Assembly (NCBI GenBank): GCA_964450805.1
Contig: CAYVDD010000001.1
Coordinates: forward strand, 254,365 to 318,364
From: an uncultured Candidatus Saccharibacteria bacterium
GTDB taxonomy: Bacteria > Patescibacteriota > Minisyncoccia > Minisyncoccales > JANBVM01
Direction: 5' to 3'
DNA: 64,000 nt
Under the pieces are notes generated by a model. That model searched no databases and was not told the DNA's origin. It saw only the letters and a program-made list of their open reading frames with translations. Made by a program: the position numbers and the translations under genes. Below are positions 32,948 through 43,201 of this stretch, piece after piece (within the stretch, counting starts at the first letter, position 1; each line of letters starts with the position of its first letter).

Positions 32948-33694
32948 ATGGCATCAATAATTATTGAAATTAGAGCAGGAACAGGAGGGAAAGAAGCTGC
33001 GTTATTTGCAGCTGATTTATTTAAAATGTATTCCCGCTATGCTCAAAATCAAGGATGGAAACAAAAAACTCTTGATTCTCAACCTACAGAATTAAACGGT
33101 ATTAAGCAGGTTGTTTTTGAGCTGAAAAACAGCAATGTCTTTGAAAAAATGAAATACGAAGGTGGAGTTCACAGAGTACAGAGAATTCCTAAAACTGAAA
33201 AATCAGGAAGAATACATACTTCAACAGCTACAGTAGCAGTGTTTCCAAAACCAGAAAAAAATGAAATCAATATAAGGGCAGATGAACTGAAAATTGATCA
33301 TTATAGAGCTTCTGGTCCAGGTGGTCAGTATGTTAATAAACGCGAAACAGCAGTGAGAATTACTCACCTGCCAACTGGTATTGTTGTTACTTCTCAAACA
33401 GCAAGAGGACAGCTTCAAAACAAAGAAAATGCTTTAGCAATTCTTCAGGCCAAGATTTTAGAACATGAAGAATTAAAAAACATTGAAAAACTGACAAAAG
33501 AAAGAAGAGCCCAAATAAAATGGGCAAGAAGAGTTGATAAAATAAGAACATATAACTTTCCACAGGACAGAATTACTGATCACAGGATAAAAAAAAGCTG
33601 GCACAAACTTGACAGCATTATGGATGGAAAACTGGAATCCATAATTAAAGCTATGAAAAAATCAGAATCTAAAATTATTTCTCAAGCTCCTTAA
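32948..33694 (+). CDS. prfA: Peptide chain release factor 1 lacking N-terminal domain 1
   Basis: 'RVQRIPKTEKSGRIHTS' (PxT codon-recognition motif) and 'GPGGQYVNK' (GGQ). It starts at the position equivalent to E. coli RF1 residue ~110. In-frame stops upstream (L31 stop) exclude an extension. Confidence 0.75.
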   Translation: MASIIIEIRAGTGGKEAALFAADLFKMYSRYAQNQGWKQKTLDSQPTELNGIKQVVFELKNSNVFEKMKYEGGVHRVQRIPKTEKSGRIHTSTATVAVFPKPEKNEINIRADELKIDHYRASGPGGQYVNKRETAVRITHLPTGIVVTSQTARGQLQNKENALAILQAKILEHEELKNIEKLTKERRAQIKWARRVDKIRTYNFPQDRITDHRIKKSWHKLDSIMDGKLESIIKAMKKSESKIISQAP

Positions 33695-35042
33695 TATCCT
33701 TTTCATACTGAGCAGCAATAGCTAAAACAGACCTTCCATAAAATTCCTCCCACTTTGACCAGCGATATCCTGAAAAATATCTCATCACTGCTTTGAATTC
33801 ATCAGTCTTTGCCCCTAAATCCTTTAGATAAATACCTGAAGCTAAAAAAGCATCTCTAATATCCCAGGGATCAGCTTCCCTGCCAGTAACTGCTTTTACT
33901 TTTTCTCCATAACCATATTTAGGATTACCCCAGGTGTCAGGAATAAACTGGGCAGGTCCCATTGCACCGCCCCACCCAATACTCATTGGACAGGAAACTG
34001 GAGTATTTAAAGGGTCACGTCCAAGTTTTTGACATATTTCAAGAAAATACGGTAAATCACGAGTTGGATTCATTGTTTTAAGCTCTATTTTCCCACTAGT
34101 AACTCTTACTCCCTTGCCAGTTGAAGTATCGGTCAAATAGCACTGGCCAACATTTTTACCTATATTTGACTCCTGAGTTAAAACAGCAAGCACTAATGCT
34201 GGCCTGACACCAGTAACACCTGTCACATATTTTGCAATTTCATAAGCTTCACCAAAAGTAGGAGCTTTGGGAACTCCGATTAATTCAAAAATCCTTGCCC
34301 TAATTTCATTGGCTCTTTTTTCTGTCTCGCTCTTTTCTGTAAGTTGTTTTTGATACTGTTCCTCAGTTAATTTTAAATATTCCTCTTGCTCATCCTTTAA
34401 CTTACTGCTTTCCTGCCTTTGCAGCATTCTTATTTCAACTATTCTTTCTAGATCCATCTTCTCCTCATCTAAAGACTGCTTCTGGTTTTCAAGACTGAAG
34501 CTTAATTCTTTAATATTCATCAATAGCCCACGGCTTTTATTGTTTAAGGATTGAAGAGCTATTAAATCTCCGAAAAAATCAGATAAGGTTTCTTCTGTAA
34601 GAAAAATTTCGAATAAAGATCTTTTATCTTCCTGATAAATTGTTCTTAAAATTACAGAGAGCTGTTTTTTTGATTCTTCCATATTAAGTGATGTTTGTTC
34701 AATCGAACCTTCTGTGTCTTTTATCTGAATGTCAAGACCCTGAATCATTGTATTACTCTGCTGAATCTGGACATTTAAACTTTGAATTTTTTTTCTTAAG
34801 AGATAAATTTCGTTTTGAAGAGTTTTTTTCTCTTTTTCTGTTTTAGTTATGTCATTTTCAATAATTAAAAGCTGGTCTTCCAGCATCCTTAATTCTTCCT
34901 CTAGTGCCTGTCTTTCCTCTTGAGGAGTTTGAGCTAAAACATTATAAGCAAGCCATTCAAAAGCAGGCAAAACAAAGCCTGCTGATAAAATAAAACATAT
35001 TAAAAATTTAATAATTTTCTTATTAGACATTTTTATAAACAT
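33675..35042 (-). CDS. Lytic transglycosylase (MltB/SLT_2-like) with an N-terminal signal anchor and a long coiled coil
   Basis: 'LAVLTQESNIGKNVGQ' and 'MGPAQFIPDTW' are lytic transglycosylase motifs. Heptad-rich residues 40-260. Confidence 0.6.
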   Translation of the reverse strand: MFIKMSNKKIIKFLICFILSAGFVLPAFEWLAYNVLAQTPQEERQALEEELRMLEDQLLIIENDITKTEKEKKTLQNEIYLLRKKIQSLNVQIQQSNTMIQGLDIQIKDTEGSIEQTSLNMEESKKQLSVILRTIYQEDKRSLFEIFLTEETLSDFFGDLIALQSLNNKSRGLLMNIKELSFSLENQKQSLDEEKMDLERIVEIRMLQRQESSKLKDEQEEYLKLTEEQYQKQLTEKSETEKRANEIRARIFELIGVPKAPTFGEAYEIAKYVTGVTGVRPALVLAVLTQESNIGKNVGQCYLTDTSTGKGVRVTSGKIELKTMNPTRDLPYFLEICQKLGRDPLNTPVSCPMSIGWGGAMGPAQFIPDTWGNPKYGYGEKVKAVTGREADPWDIRDAFLASGIYLKDLGAKTDEFKAVMRYFSGYRWSKWEEFYGRSVLAIAAQYEKDIKELEK

Positions 35043-35053
35043 TGTCTGTCAAA

Positions 35054-35752
35054 CTACTTACCTTCTTCTTTTTTCTCTTTTTCTTCTGGAGATTCAGAAA
35101 CAGGAGATTCTTCTTTCTTTTCTTTTTCTTCTTCAATTAGTTCTGGTTCTTTTTCTTCAATTGGTTTTGCAATTTCTTCTTCAATTTTTTCAGGTTCAGA
35201 AACTGTAACTATAATCTCATCAGGATCTTTTAAAATTTTAACCTTAGAAGAAACCTGTAAATCTTTAACTAAAATACTATCTTCAAAAGTTTTCATCTTT
35301 GAAACATCAACTTTAATTTCTCTTGGAAGGTCCTGAGGAAGAGCTTTAACTCCAATATCAGAAATCTTTTTAACCAAAGTACCTCCTTCACTTTTTATTA
35401 TTGGCGCCTCTCCTTCAAAAATCAAAGGAACTGTTGACTCAACTTCTTCTTTTAAGTCAGGCTGGTAAAAATCAACATGAATCGGTTTACTGGTTATGGC
35501 GTCAAATTGTATATCGTGTATTAAAACAAGGAATTTTTCCTTTTGACCATTAACATCAAGGGAAATCAAAGAACTTTCTCCAGCTTCCTCATAAACTTTT
35601 TCAAATTCTTTTAAATCCACCTCTAAATTCAGGTTCTTAACTTTAGAACCATATAAAATAGAAGGTATTTTTCCTTTTACCCTAATTTTTTTTGGATCTT
35701 CTTGTTTTCTTTGTTCTGCTTTTAAGTTAATCATATTTATTATCAGAGCCAA
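35054..35752 (-). CDS. rplY: 50S ribosomal protein L25 / general stress protein Ctc with an acidic C-terminal tail
   Basis: N-terminal 'LKAEQRKQEDPKKIRVKGKIPSILYG', beta-barrel domains and a Glu/Lys-rich tail. Confidence 0.7.
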   Translation of the reverse strand: MALIINMINLKAEQRKQEDPKKIRVKGKIPSILYGSKVKNLNLEVDLKEFEKVYEEAGESSLISLDVNGQKEKFLVLIHDIQFDAITSKPIHVDFYQPDLKEEVESTVPLIFEGEAPIIKSEGGTLVKKISDIGVKALPQDLPREIKVDVSKMKTFEDSILVKDLQVSSKVKILKDPDEIIVTVSEPEKIEEEIAKPIEEKEPELIEEEKEKKEESPVSESPEEKEKKEEGK

Positions 35753-36590
35753 AAAGTTTCATTTTCTGTTCAACTACTTTTTGAACTGATTCAATAACTT
35801 CTGGCATTAATTTATATGGTCTAATTTCTTCGGGTTTTCCTTTAAGCACTTGTTTTAAAGTGTTAGTATAAGCTAATCTTAATTCAGTATTAACATTTAT
35901 TTTAACAATCCCCTGGTTAATAATGTTTTTAATATCTTCTTTGGCTACACCTGAGCCGCCGTGAAGCACTAAAAACTTTTCCAAAGCTTTTTCATTTATT
36001 TGTTTTAATCTGTTGATATCAATAACTGGATTTTTACCTGAAGCTTCTATTCCATGAAAACTACCTATGTTTACTGCCAGACTATCAACCTCTGTTTCTT
36101 TTATAAATTCTGAAGCTTGATCTGGATCTGTTAAATTCTCTTCTATTATCTCAGGAAATTTTTCAAGAACCTTTGAAGTTCCAGCTATAGTATTAATTTC
36201 TCCTTCAACTAAAACGCCTTTTTTATGGGCGTATTGTACAATTTCTTTTGAAACTTTAATGTTTTTTTGTAAATCAAGGTTTGAACCATCAAAATGAACC
36301 AGGTCATAACCAGCATCTATTGCTTCTTTAATATAATCAAATGATTTAGCGTGGTCAAGGTTTAAGAAAAGAGCAAGCTTTTCATATTCACGATATGAAC
36401 TAATCAGAGCCACAGCCTGCTTTAAACCAGTATAACTGCTCTCTCCTTCAGAAGTGCCTAAAATTACAGGTGAATTAAGTTTTTCAGCAGCAGAAATTAT
36501 GGCTTTAAGCTGTTCTAGAGTTGAAAAATTAAACTGACCAACAGCCCAATTCTCTTTTTTAGCTTTTTGAAAATAGTCTTTGATTTTCAT
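35727..36590 (-). CDS. fba: Class II fructose-/tagatose-bisphosphate aldolase
   Basis: 'SPVILGTSEGE', 'LNLDHAKSF' and 'HFDGS' metal-binding motifs. Confidence 0.75.
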   Translation of the reverse strand: MKIKDYFQKAKKENWAVGQFNFSTLEQLKAIISAAEKLNSPVILGTSEGESSYTGLKQAVALISSYREYEKLALFLNLDHAKSFDYIKEAIDAGYDLVHFDGSNLDLQKNIKVSKEIVQYAHKKGVLVEGEINTIAGTSKVLEKFPEIIEENLTDPDQASEFIKETEVDSLAVNIGSFHGIEASGKNPVIDINRLKQINEKALEKFLVLHGGSGVAKEDIKNIINQGIVKINVNTELRLAYTNTLKQVLKGKPEEIRPYKLMPEVIESVQKVVEQKMKLFGSDNKYD

Positions 36591-37546
36591 AGTTTTTGTT
36601 TTTTTACTCTAACCTTTTTCCACTTCTGACCTTTTTTTAAAATTCCATCTTTTGCCCCCCACTCCTTAATATTGGCAGTTGAATTAGCCATAGCAAACTG
36701 AATTGCTGAAACTATGTCATTGTTTTTAATATAGTCAACAACAAAACCAGAACCAAATGAGTCCCCTGCTCCAGTAGCATCAACAAGCTTTACTTTTAAA
36801 ATAGGAGCATTGTAAAGAAACTTTCCATCAGAAACTGTTGCTCCTTGCTTTCCTTTAGTCATAATACAGATTCCATCTACCAACCTATCAAGCTCCCTGA
36901 AAACAGCTCTTTCTTTTTGAAAAGAAATCTTGGTTAGAAAACCTGATTCCTCTTGATTGAGAATTAAAATATCTACTTTTTTTAATGCTTTTTTAATATC
37001 AACTGATTTTAACTGATATTTGCTTGGGTTAAAAGCAGTTTTAATTCTCTTCTTCTTGGCAAAATCAATGATTTTTAAAAAATCTCCAGCTAATTTTCCT
37101 GACAAAGGAGCTAAATAAAACCATTTTGTTTTTAAGTCTTCAAAAGGAATGTCTTTAACAGACAACAGTTTTGATGCACCTCTATAAGGTAAAATTACTT
37201 TTCCCTTGCTACCGCTGAAGATAACAGACATTCCTGTCAGCTCTTTGTCTGTTTTAAAAACAAATCTTTTATCAATATTAAATCTGTTTAAGTCTTCTAA
37301 AACAATTTTTCCAGCAAAATCTTTGCCTATCATTCCGCAAAAAGCAGTTTTAAGTCCTTGACTGGCAAAAGTAGCAGCTGAATTAGTACCTCCACCGCCA
37401 GAATAAAAAAATATCTTCTCACCTTCCAGCTTTTCTTCCAAAGGTAGAAATATCCCCTTTCTTTTATTCTTTGAAGAAATACCTAACTTATTATAACTAA
37501 CAAAAACATCTAATGTTGCTGAACCAAATGTTATGACATCAAACAT
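36587..37546 (-). CDS. PfkB-family carbohydrate/nucleoside kinase (ribokinase-like)
   Basis: N-terminal GG motif and C-terminal 'DATGAGDSF' anion hole. Confidence 0.7.
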   Translation of the reverse strand: MFDVITFGSATLDVFVSYNKLGISSKNKRKGIFLPLEEKLEGEKIFFYSGGGGTNSAATFASQGLKTAFCGMIGKDFAGKIVLEDLNRFNIDKRFVFKTDKELTGMSVIFSGSKGKVILPYRGASKLLSVKDIPFEDLKTKWFYLAPLSGKLAGDFLKIIDFAKKKRIKTAFNPSKYQLKSVDIKKALKKVDILILNQEESGFLTKISFQKERAVFRELDRLVDGICIMTKGKQGATVSDGKFLYNAPILKVKLVDATGAGDSFGSGFVVDYIKNNDIVSAIQFAMANSTANIKEWGAKDGILKKGQKWKKVRVKKQKL

Positions 37547-37548
37547 AA

Positions 37549-39915
37549 TTATTTTTTCTTTTTAGATAAGTTAATTATTGTTTTAATTACACTGTCAGGA
37601 TTTAAAGATATTGCGTTAATTTTTTCTTTTATTAAGAATTCTGCGAAATCCACAAAATAACTTGGAGCCTCACCACAGATTCCCACGTATTTATTTCTTT
37701 TTTTACACACTCCTATCACATCAGCTATCATTTTTTTAACTGCTCTGTCTCTTTCATCAGATATATATGCTATTTTAGCATTATCTCTGTCCATTCCCAG
37801 CATCAGCTGGGTCAGGTCATTTGAACCAATACTCATGCCATCAAAAATATCTAAAAACTGATCTGCTAAAATTACATTTGAAGGAATCTCGCACATTACA
37901 ATAACTTTAAGACCGTTTTTTCCTTTTTTAAGACCATTTTCATCCATTAAGTCCAGTACTTTCTGGCCCTCATCAACAGTTCTGCAGAACGGAACCATTA
38001 CCCAGATGTTTTTCAACCCAAAAACATCCCTTGCTTTTTTAATTGCTAAACATTCCATTTTAAAAGCTGGCTTAAAACTTTTATCAGAATATCTTGAAGC
38101 ACCCCTAAAACCTAACATTGGATTAGATTCTTTTCCTTCAAAAAACTCACCACCTATTAAACTTGCATATTCATTAGTTTTAAAATCAGATAATCTGACA
38201 ATTACATCTTTAGGATAAAAAGCAGCTGCAATCTGAGAAATTCCTTCAGCCAGCTTGTCAATAAAATATTGTTTTTTATCCTTATAGCCAACAGTGATTT
38301 CTTCAATCTCAGACTTTACTTTCCTGTTTTTCAAGTTTTTAAAATGATAAAGCGCTAAAGGATGAATCCTTATTTTCTCAGCAATAATAAATTCTTCTCT
38401 TGCCAGCCCTACTCCATCAACAGGCAGAAATGATTTTTTAAAAGCAATTTCAGGCGCTCCTAAATTCAAACTAATACTAACTGGCAGTTTTGGAATCTTT
38501 TTTAAATTATATTTCTTAACTTTAAAAGAAACTATTCCTTTAAAAATTTTACCTTTGGTGCAATCAACAGTTACATTTTGTCCTGTTTTAAGAATTCTGG
38601 TTGCTTTTTTTGTTCCAACAATACATGGAACGCCCAGTTCTCTTGAAACAATAGCAGCATGAGCAGTTTTTCCTCCTTCATCAGTAATAATTGCTGAAGC
38701 AATCCTCATAATAGGAACCCAGTCAGGATCAGTCATTTTTGTTACCAATACTTCTCCTTTTTTAAAATCATTTAACTTAGCAATAGTGGAAATCACCCTT
38801 ACTTTTCCCTGACCAACCTTATCACCAACAGCAATGCCAGTTAAAATAGGTCTTTTCTTGCTGTTCAGTTTGTATTCTTTGTAAAATGTCTGGTTTCTTA
38901 CAGCATGAACTGTCTCAGGCCTGGATTGAACAATAAACAACTCATTAGTAATGCCATCTTTTGCCCACTCAATATCTTGCGGGAATTTATAATGTTCTTC
39001 AATTTTTAAAGCCCAATCAGTTAAAGTTAAAATCTCTTCATCAGTTAATGAAAACTTTTTTTGATCAGCAGCGCTTACTTTTGTTTCTTTCAAACCACCT
39101 TTGCTGTTATAAACATATTTCCTTGTTTTTCTGCCCAGCTCTTTGACAATAATTGACTCATATCCTTTTTTAAAAGTAGGTTTAAATACATAAAACTCAT
39201 CAGGAATTATTTTTCCCTTAACAATTAATTCTCCTACTCCAAAAATAGAATTAATCAAAACAACATCCCTAAACCCGCTTTCTGTATCAATTGTAAATAT
39301 TACTCCTGATGATCCTAGATCAGATCTTACCATTTTCTGAATCCCAACAGACAAAGCAATCTTTAAATGATTAAAACCTTTTTCTTCCCTGTAAGATATA
39401 CCTCTATCAGTAAACAAAGATGCCATGCATTTTTTAATGGCATTTAAAAGTTCTTTTTCACCTTTAATATTTAAATAAGTTTCCATCTGTCCTGCGAAAC
39501 TAGCTGTTTTTAAATCTTCAGCAGTTGCAGATGATCTTACAGCAACATCAGTATTATCAGCAGAATATTCTTTTGATAATAACTTATAGTTTTTAATAAT
39601 CTGATTCTCTAAATCTTTTGGAAACTTACCTTTAAAAATTAACTGGCGCGCTAAGATTCCTGTTTTTTTCAAGCTTGTTAAACTTTTAGGATTGAAATTT
39701 TTAAAAATTTCTTTTAATTTTTTATCAATTCCATTTTCTTTTAAAAAATACCAATAAGCATTGGAGGTTAAAGCAAAGCCATTAGGAATGTTTACCCCTT
39801 TTCTGCTGAGCTTAGAGAACATTTCGCTTAAAGATGAATTTTTCCCACCAACCAACTTACTGTCTCCTTTTGAAACATTTTTAAACCAAAGGATGAATTT
39901 TTTAGGTTTTGCCAT
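37549..39915 (-). CDS. ppsA: Phosphoenolpyruvate synthase / PEP-utilizing dikinase
   Basis: N-terminal ATP-grasp (PPDK_N), phosphohistidine domain 'GGKTAHAAIVSRELGVPCIVG' and a C-terminal PEP-utilizing TIM barrel. 788 aa. Confidence 0.75.
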   Translation of the reverse strand: MAKPKKFILWFKNVSKGDSKLVGGKNSSLSEMFSKLSRKGVNIPNGFALTSNAYWYFLKENGIDKKLKEIFKNFNPKSLTSLKKTGILARQLIFKGKFPKDLENQIIKNYKLLSKEYSADNTDVAVRSSATAEDLKTASFAGQMETYLNIKGEKELLNAIKKCMASLFTDRGISYREEKGFNHLKIALSVGIQKMVRSDLGSSGVIFTIDTESGFRDVVLINSIFGVGELIVKGKIIPDEFYVFKPTFKKGYESIIVKELGRKTRKYVYNSKGGLKETKVSAADQKKFSLTDEEILTLTDWALKIEEHYKFPQDIEWAKDGITNELFIVQSRPETVHAVRNQTFYKEYKLNSKKRPILTGIAVGDKVGQGKVRVISTIAKLNDFKKGEVLVTKMTDPDWVPIMRIASAIITDEGGKTAHAAIVSRELGVPCIVGTKKATRILKTGQNVTVDCTKGKIFKGIVSFKVKKYNLKKIPKLPVSISLNLGAPEIAFKKSFLPVDGVGLAREEFIIAEKIRIHPLALYHFKNLKNRKVKSEIEEITVGYKDKKQYFIDKLAEGISQIAAAFYPKDVIVRLSDFKTNEYASLIGGEFFEGKESNPMLGFRGASRYSDKSFKPAFKMECLAIKKARDVFGLKNIWVMVPFCRTVDEGQKVLDLMDENGLKKGKNGLKVIVMCEIPSNVILADQFLDIFDGMSIGSNDLTQLMLGMDRDNAKIAYISDERDRAVKKMIADVIGVCKKRNKYVGICGEAPSYFVDFAEFLIKEKINAISLNPDSVIKTIINLSKKKK

Positions 39916-39917
39916 AA

Positions 39918-41831
39918 TTATTGTTTAATTATTTTTTTAACTTCTTTAACGCTTTCTGGATTGGCTAAAGTTGATAGATCGCCCAAAGGCTCTTTTGTGA
40001 ATAATCTTTTTAAAATCCTTCTCATTATTTTACCTGACCTTGTTTTAGGCAGATCACTAGCTAAATAAATCTTTTTAGGCAGAGCAATTGGCCCAATCTT
40101 TTCCCTGATTTCTAAAATTAGTTCTTTTTCTAATTTTACTGCTGAAACTTTACTTTTAGGAACAATAAAAGCAACAGGCAGTTCTCCTTTAATTTTATCA
40201 GGAATGCCAACAATAGCACATTCTGCAACATATTCATGTTTTGATAAAACATTTTCAAGTTCTCCGGTTGTAATCCTGTGGCCTGACACTTTAATTACAT
40301 CATCAACCCTTCCAACAATTCTAATCAAGCCATTTTTATCTTTATAAGCTGCATCTGAAGTAAAATAAATTTTATCCCCATATTCACTCCAATATGTTTT
40401 TTTATACTTCTCCGGGTTTTTATACACCATTCTTAGTAATCCTGGGGCAAAAGGAGGAAGTAAAACTAAATTTCCTTTTTTATTTGTTTTTACTGATTTC
40501 CCTTTATCATCTAAAATATCAAATTTAAATCCTGGAAAAGCAAGTCCTGTATAAGCTGGTTTAAAGGGACCTATACCGGGCAAAGAAGTAATTAAAATTC
40601 CTCCTGTTTCTGTCTGCCACCAGGTATCAACTAAAGGACACTTGTTTCTTCCAACCTCTCTAAAAAACCAATTCCAGGAATGCTCATCAATTGGCTCGCC
40701 CACTGAAGCAAGCAGCCTTAAGGTTTTGAATTTAGTTCTGGAAAGTTTATCGCACTGTTTTTTAAACATTCTCACTGCAGTGGGGGCAGTGTAAAAAATA
40801 GTCACACCATGTTTTTTAATGATATCTGCCCATCTATCAACATCTGGCCAATTAGGAGCGCCTTCAAACATCAGGAAAGTGGCTCCATTAAGCAGGGGCG
40901 AGTAAACTGTGTAAGTGTGTCCAGTAATCCAGCCAGCATCAGCTGTTGACCAGAAAATATCTTCATCATGTAAATCAAAAATCCATTTTCCAGTAATATA
41001 TGCCTGAACTGTATAACCACCGCAAATATGAACACAACCCTTAGGTTTACCAGTTGAACCACTGGTGTAGAGTATAAACTGAGTATCTTCACTGTTCATT
41101 CTCTCTGGACTGCACTCATCTTTTTCATTTTCAATCAATTCATGCCACCACAAATCCCTGTCTTTCTTAAAAGAAACCTTATTCTCAGCTCTTTTTACCA
41201 CTATTACTTTTTTTACTTTTGTATTTTTTAAAGATTTATCAGTATTTTTTTTCAAATCAATAATTTTTCCTCTTCTAAAATATCCATCAGCAGTGATTAA
41301 AATCTTAGCCTCAGTGTCCTGTAATCTAATATTTAAAGCAGTTGAAGAAAAAGCAGAAAAAACAACAGCATGGACTGCTCCAATCCTGGCGCAAGCTAAC
41401 ATTGCAATTACAACTTCAGGAATCATGGGCAGATAAATACCAATTCTATCCCCTTTTTTAACTCCTAATTTTTTTAAAGCATTAGCAAGCTTATTAACTT
41501 CTTTGTATAAATCATAATAAGTTAAGAATTTTGTTTCCTGGTCAATTGCTTCTGGCTCCCAAATCAAAGCAACCTTATTTTTCCTGGTTTCAAGGTTTTT
41601 ATCCAAAGCATTATATGTAATATTTAATTTCCCACCCTCAAACCACTTAAAATATGGAGCATGATGAGAAAATGTTTTTTTTGGTTCTTTAAACCAGTCA
41701 ATATCTTTAGCCAATTCTTCCCAGAATTTAACTGGGTCCTTATCAGCTTTTTTATAAATTGAACTATCATTAATCCAAGCCTTGTCTCTGAAAGTTTTGC
41801 TGGGATAATACAAGTTATCTTTTTTAATCAT
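39918..41831 (-). CDS. acs: Acetyl-CoA synthetase (AMP-forming). The start is set at the internal Met, because the track ORF's first 17 codons are a terminator hairpin.
   Basis: '[11 protein letters not shown]' AMP-binding motif. About 637 aa from '[14 protein letters not shown]'. The 41846-41869 hairpin plus U-run lies inside the longer ORF. Confidence 0.8.
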   Translation of the reverse strand: MIKKDNLYYPSKTFRDKAWINDSSIYKKADKDPVKFWEELAKDIDWFKEPKKTFSHHAPYFKWFEGGKLNITYNALDKNLETRKNKVALIWEPEAIDQETKFLTYYDLYKEVNKLANALKKLGVKKGDRIGIYLPMIPEVVIAMLACARIGAVHAVVFSAFSSTALNIRLQDTEAKILITADGYFRRGKIIDLKKNTDKSLKNTKVKKVIVVKRAENKVSFKKDRDLWWHELIENEKDECSPERMNSEDTQFILYTSGSTGKPKGCVHICGGYTVQAYITGKWIFDLHDEDIFWSTADAGWITGHTYTVYSPLLNGATFLMFEGAPNWPDVDRWADIIKKHGVTIFYTAPTAVRMFKKQCDKLSRTKFKTLRLLASVGEPIDEHSWNWFFREVGRNKCPLVDTWWQTETGGILITSLPGIGPFKPAYTGLAFPGFKFDILDDKGKSVKTNKKGNLVLLPPFAPGLLRMVYKNPEKYKKTYWSEYGDKIYFTSDAAYKDKNGLIRIVGRVDDVIKVSGHRITTGELENVLSKHEYVAECAIVGIPDKIKGELPVAFIVPKSKVSAVKLEKELILEIREKIGPIALPKKIYLASDLPKTRSGKIMRRILKRLFTKEPLGDLSTLANPESVKEVKKIIKQ

Positions 41832-41844
41832 ATATTCTATTCTA

Positions 41845-41869
41845 CCAAAAAATCGCCTTGTGGGCGATT
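41845..41869 (-). terminator. Rho-independent terminator after gap
   Basis: Hairpin aatcgcc-ttgtg-ggcgatt, followed on the minus strand by U6. Confidence 0.45.
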
Positions 41870-41889
41870 CTTTTATTCTCAACTAATAA

Positions 41890-42912
41890 TTATATTTTCT
41901 TTCCAATAAACTCAGTAAACTCAGCCAATCTTGACGCATAACCATACTCATTATCATACCAGGCAGTGATTTTAACTAAATTATCTTTTGCTTTTGTTAA
42001 AGGTGAATCAATAATTGCTGAAAAAGAATTTCCGATATAATCAGTTGAAACCAAAGGAGCATCCTCTACCCCTAAAATGCTTTTTAATTCCTTTGCCTGA
42101 GATGCTTTTTTGAAAACATAATTTACTTCCTGAGCAGTTGTTTTCTTTTCAAGCTCACAAATCAAATCCACAATAGAAACAATTGAGGTCGGCACTCTTA
42201 AAGCTATTCCGTCTAATTTACCGTTAAGCTCTGGAATAACTCTACCTATTGCTTTTGCTGCACCGGTAGTAGTAGGAATAATATTTAATGCTGCTGCTCT
42301 TGCTCTTCTTAAATCTTTATGAGGCAAATCCATAAGCCTTTGGTCAGCAGTATAAGAATGAATAGTTGTCATAAAACCTTTTACAATCTTGAAATTGTCA
42401 TTTAAAACCTTGGAAATAGGAGCTAGACAATTAGTAGTGCACGACGCCATATCAACAATGTCGTGTTTTTTAACATCATATTTATCCTCATTTACTCCTA
42501 ATACAAAGGAAGAAATCTTATCAGCTGATTTGCAAGGAGCAGAAATTATTACTTTTTTAGCCCCAGCTTGTAAATGCTTTTTCGCATTTTCATAATCTCT
42601 AAAAATACCTGTACATTCTAAAACTATATCAACACCTAATTCTTTCCAGGGCAATTTTAACGGATCTTTTTCACTCAAAACTTTAATATTAACACCTTCT
42701 GACTTTCCATTTATCAAAAGCTCACTGTCTATTGCTTTAGCAGTTTTTTTGTAAATCCCGTAAATGCTGTCATATCTTAAAAGATGAGATAATATATTGG
42801 CGTCTGTTAAATCATTAACAGCAACCACCTTTAAATTAGAATGATTTTCTAAAATTTTTTTAAAAACACCCCGCCCGATTCTTCCAAAACCATTTATAGC
42901 TACTTTAGTCAT
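41890..42912 (-). CDS. gap: Glyceraldehyde-3-phosphate dehydrogenase
   Basis: 'NGFGRIGR' and 'ASCTTNCLAP' active site. Confidence 0.9.
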   Translation of the reverse strand: MTKVAINGFGRIGRGVFKKILENHSNLKVVAVNDLTDANILSHLLRYDSIYGIYKKTAKAIDSELLINGKSEGVNIKVLSEKDPLKLPWKELGVDIVLECTGIFRDYENAKKHLQAGAKKVIISAPCKSADKISSFVLGVNEDKYDVKKHDIVDMASCTTNCLAPISKVLNDNFKIVKGFMTTIHSYTADQRLMDLPHKDLRRARAAALNIIPTTTGAAKAIGRVIPELNGKLDGIALRVPTSIVSIVDLICELEKKTTAQEVNYVFKKASQAKELKSILGVEDAPLVSTDYIGNSFSAIIDSPLTKAKDNLVKITAWYDNEYGYASRLAEFTEFIGKKI

Positions 42913-42936
42913 AAAATATATAACAATATAATTAAT

Positions 42937-43176
42937 TTAATCTCTTATTCCTAAGAGTTCTGAGATTTTTTTCTTGTCAAAACCAACTACAATCTCATTG
43001 TCAATTTCTATAACCGGCACGCCCATTTGTTTTGTTTTTTCAATCATTTCCCTTCTTGCTTCTTCGTTTTCAGAAACATCCAAATTTTCAAACTCAATTT
43101 TATTATCGTTTAAAAACTGTTTTAAAATAACGCAATAAGGACAAGCCTTTGTAGAAAAAACTTTTACTTTTGCCAT
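42937..43176 (-). CDS. Glutaredoxin / NrdH-like small redoxin
   Basis: 'CPYC' active site, 79 aa. Confidence 0.65.
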   Translation of the reverse strand: MAKVKVFSTKACPYCVILKQFLNDNKIEFENLDVSENEEARREMIEKTKQMGVPVIEIDNEIVVGFDKKKISELLGIRD

Positions 43177-43201
43177 TTTAAAGTTTTTTTCTTTTTGTTA
43201 T

